NCBI RefSeq assembly: GCF_963921235.1 | Contig: NC_086101.1 | Coordinates: forward strand, 31,992,001-32,056,000 | Direction of reading: 5' to 3' | Length of the DNA: 64,000 nt | From: Mobula hypostoma | Taxonomy: Eukaryota | Shown here: piece by piece, positions 63,531 through 64,000 of the stretch | Numbering within the stretch: position 1 is the stretch's first letter | Layout: each line of letters starts with the position of its first letter | Notes under the pieces: model-generated | Seen by the model: only the letters and a program-made list of their open reading frames with translations | Told to the model about the DNA's origin: nothing | The model's database searches: none | Position numbers and translations under genes: made by a program

Positions 63531-64000
63531 GGGGTCCTGGCTTGTGCACTGAGGGTGTGGTGGTGTGGGTTCTTGGGGACTGCACTCAGAGGAGCAGGTG
63601 AGGGGCTTTGGGGTGAGGGGTTATGAGGCTCCAGTCATCACCCTGTGGCAATGGGTCCGGGGAGGTCTAGACACTGGGGTCGATGAGAAGCTTGGGGTAG
63701 TGTGGGTGTGGGAATTGGGTTGGCATGGGGGTGGAGTGTGGTGTTCGATCACAGTGAGGGAGGGGGATGGGGTGTGTGATCAGGGACAGTTTACTAATTG
63801 GAGATCTAGGTGACAGTCTGTTGTGGAGTGACCATTGGGTGTGGGGTAGGGGCAGGGTGTTCGGGTGATGGGATGGGGCTTGGGTCCAGTCTGTAATTAA
63901 TATCTAACACCAGTCCCCCCAGACCTTTACCCCTCCCCCACCCTAGTCCACACATCTCCCCGGTCGGGTGGGGGGGGGGTCACCCCTGGAGGAGTGAGCA

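Noticed and set aside
62577-63601. 329-aa and 221-aa Pro/Ser-rich ORFs
   Set aside because: Low-complexity pyrimidine tract with no domain motifs. The same applies to 9795..10334.

Overview
Repeat-dense eukaryotic DNA. The class I MHC sequence and the CR1/Penelope/HE1-like repeat set point to a cartilaginous fish, probably a ray (inference). Two host exons are supported. (1) An intact MHC class I alpha-1 exon on the minus strand (10469-10729) with Y7, Y59, R84 and the NQT glycosylation site. (2) A probable PSMB9 (LMP2) propeptide exon 1 on the plus strand (60909-60962), preceded by an X1/X2-19bp-Y promoter module and an ISRE. Two further copies of the MHC-type X-Y module lie at about 35.0 kb (with S-like and kappaB-like sites, no gene found) and 54.6 kb (from a tandem duplication). 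The class I intron downstream of alpha-1 holds a degenerate endogenous retrovirus (gag-pro plus a 2H-phosphoesterase-like domain). The ERV is split by a near full-length LINE-1, which is itself split by CR1 and Penelope inserts. A 36-bp minisatellite appears to be an amplified piece of the capsid gene. The rest is minisatellites (42, 52, 42 and 49/51 bp units), hAT/Buster, Tc1, solo LTRs and many CR1/Penelope fragments. A 200-N assembly gap (31028-31227) separates the class I and PSMB9 halves. No CRISPR, rRNA or tRNA genes were seen. All homology calls are by eye and from recalled motifs; no database search was run.
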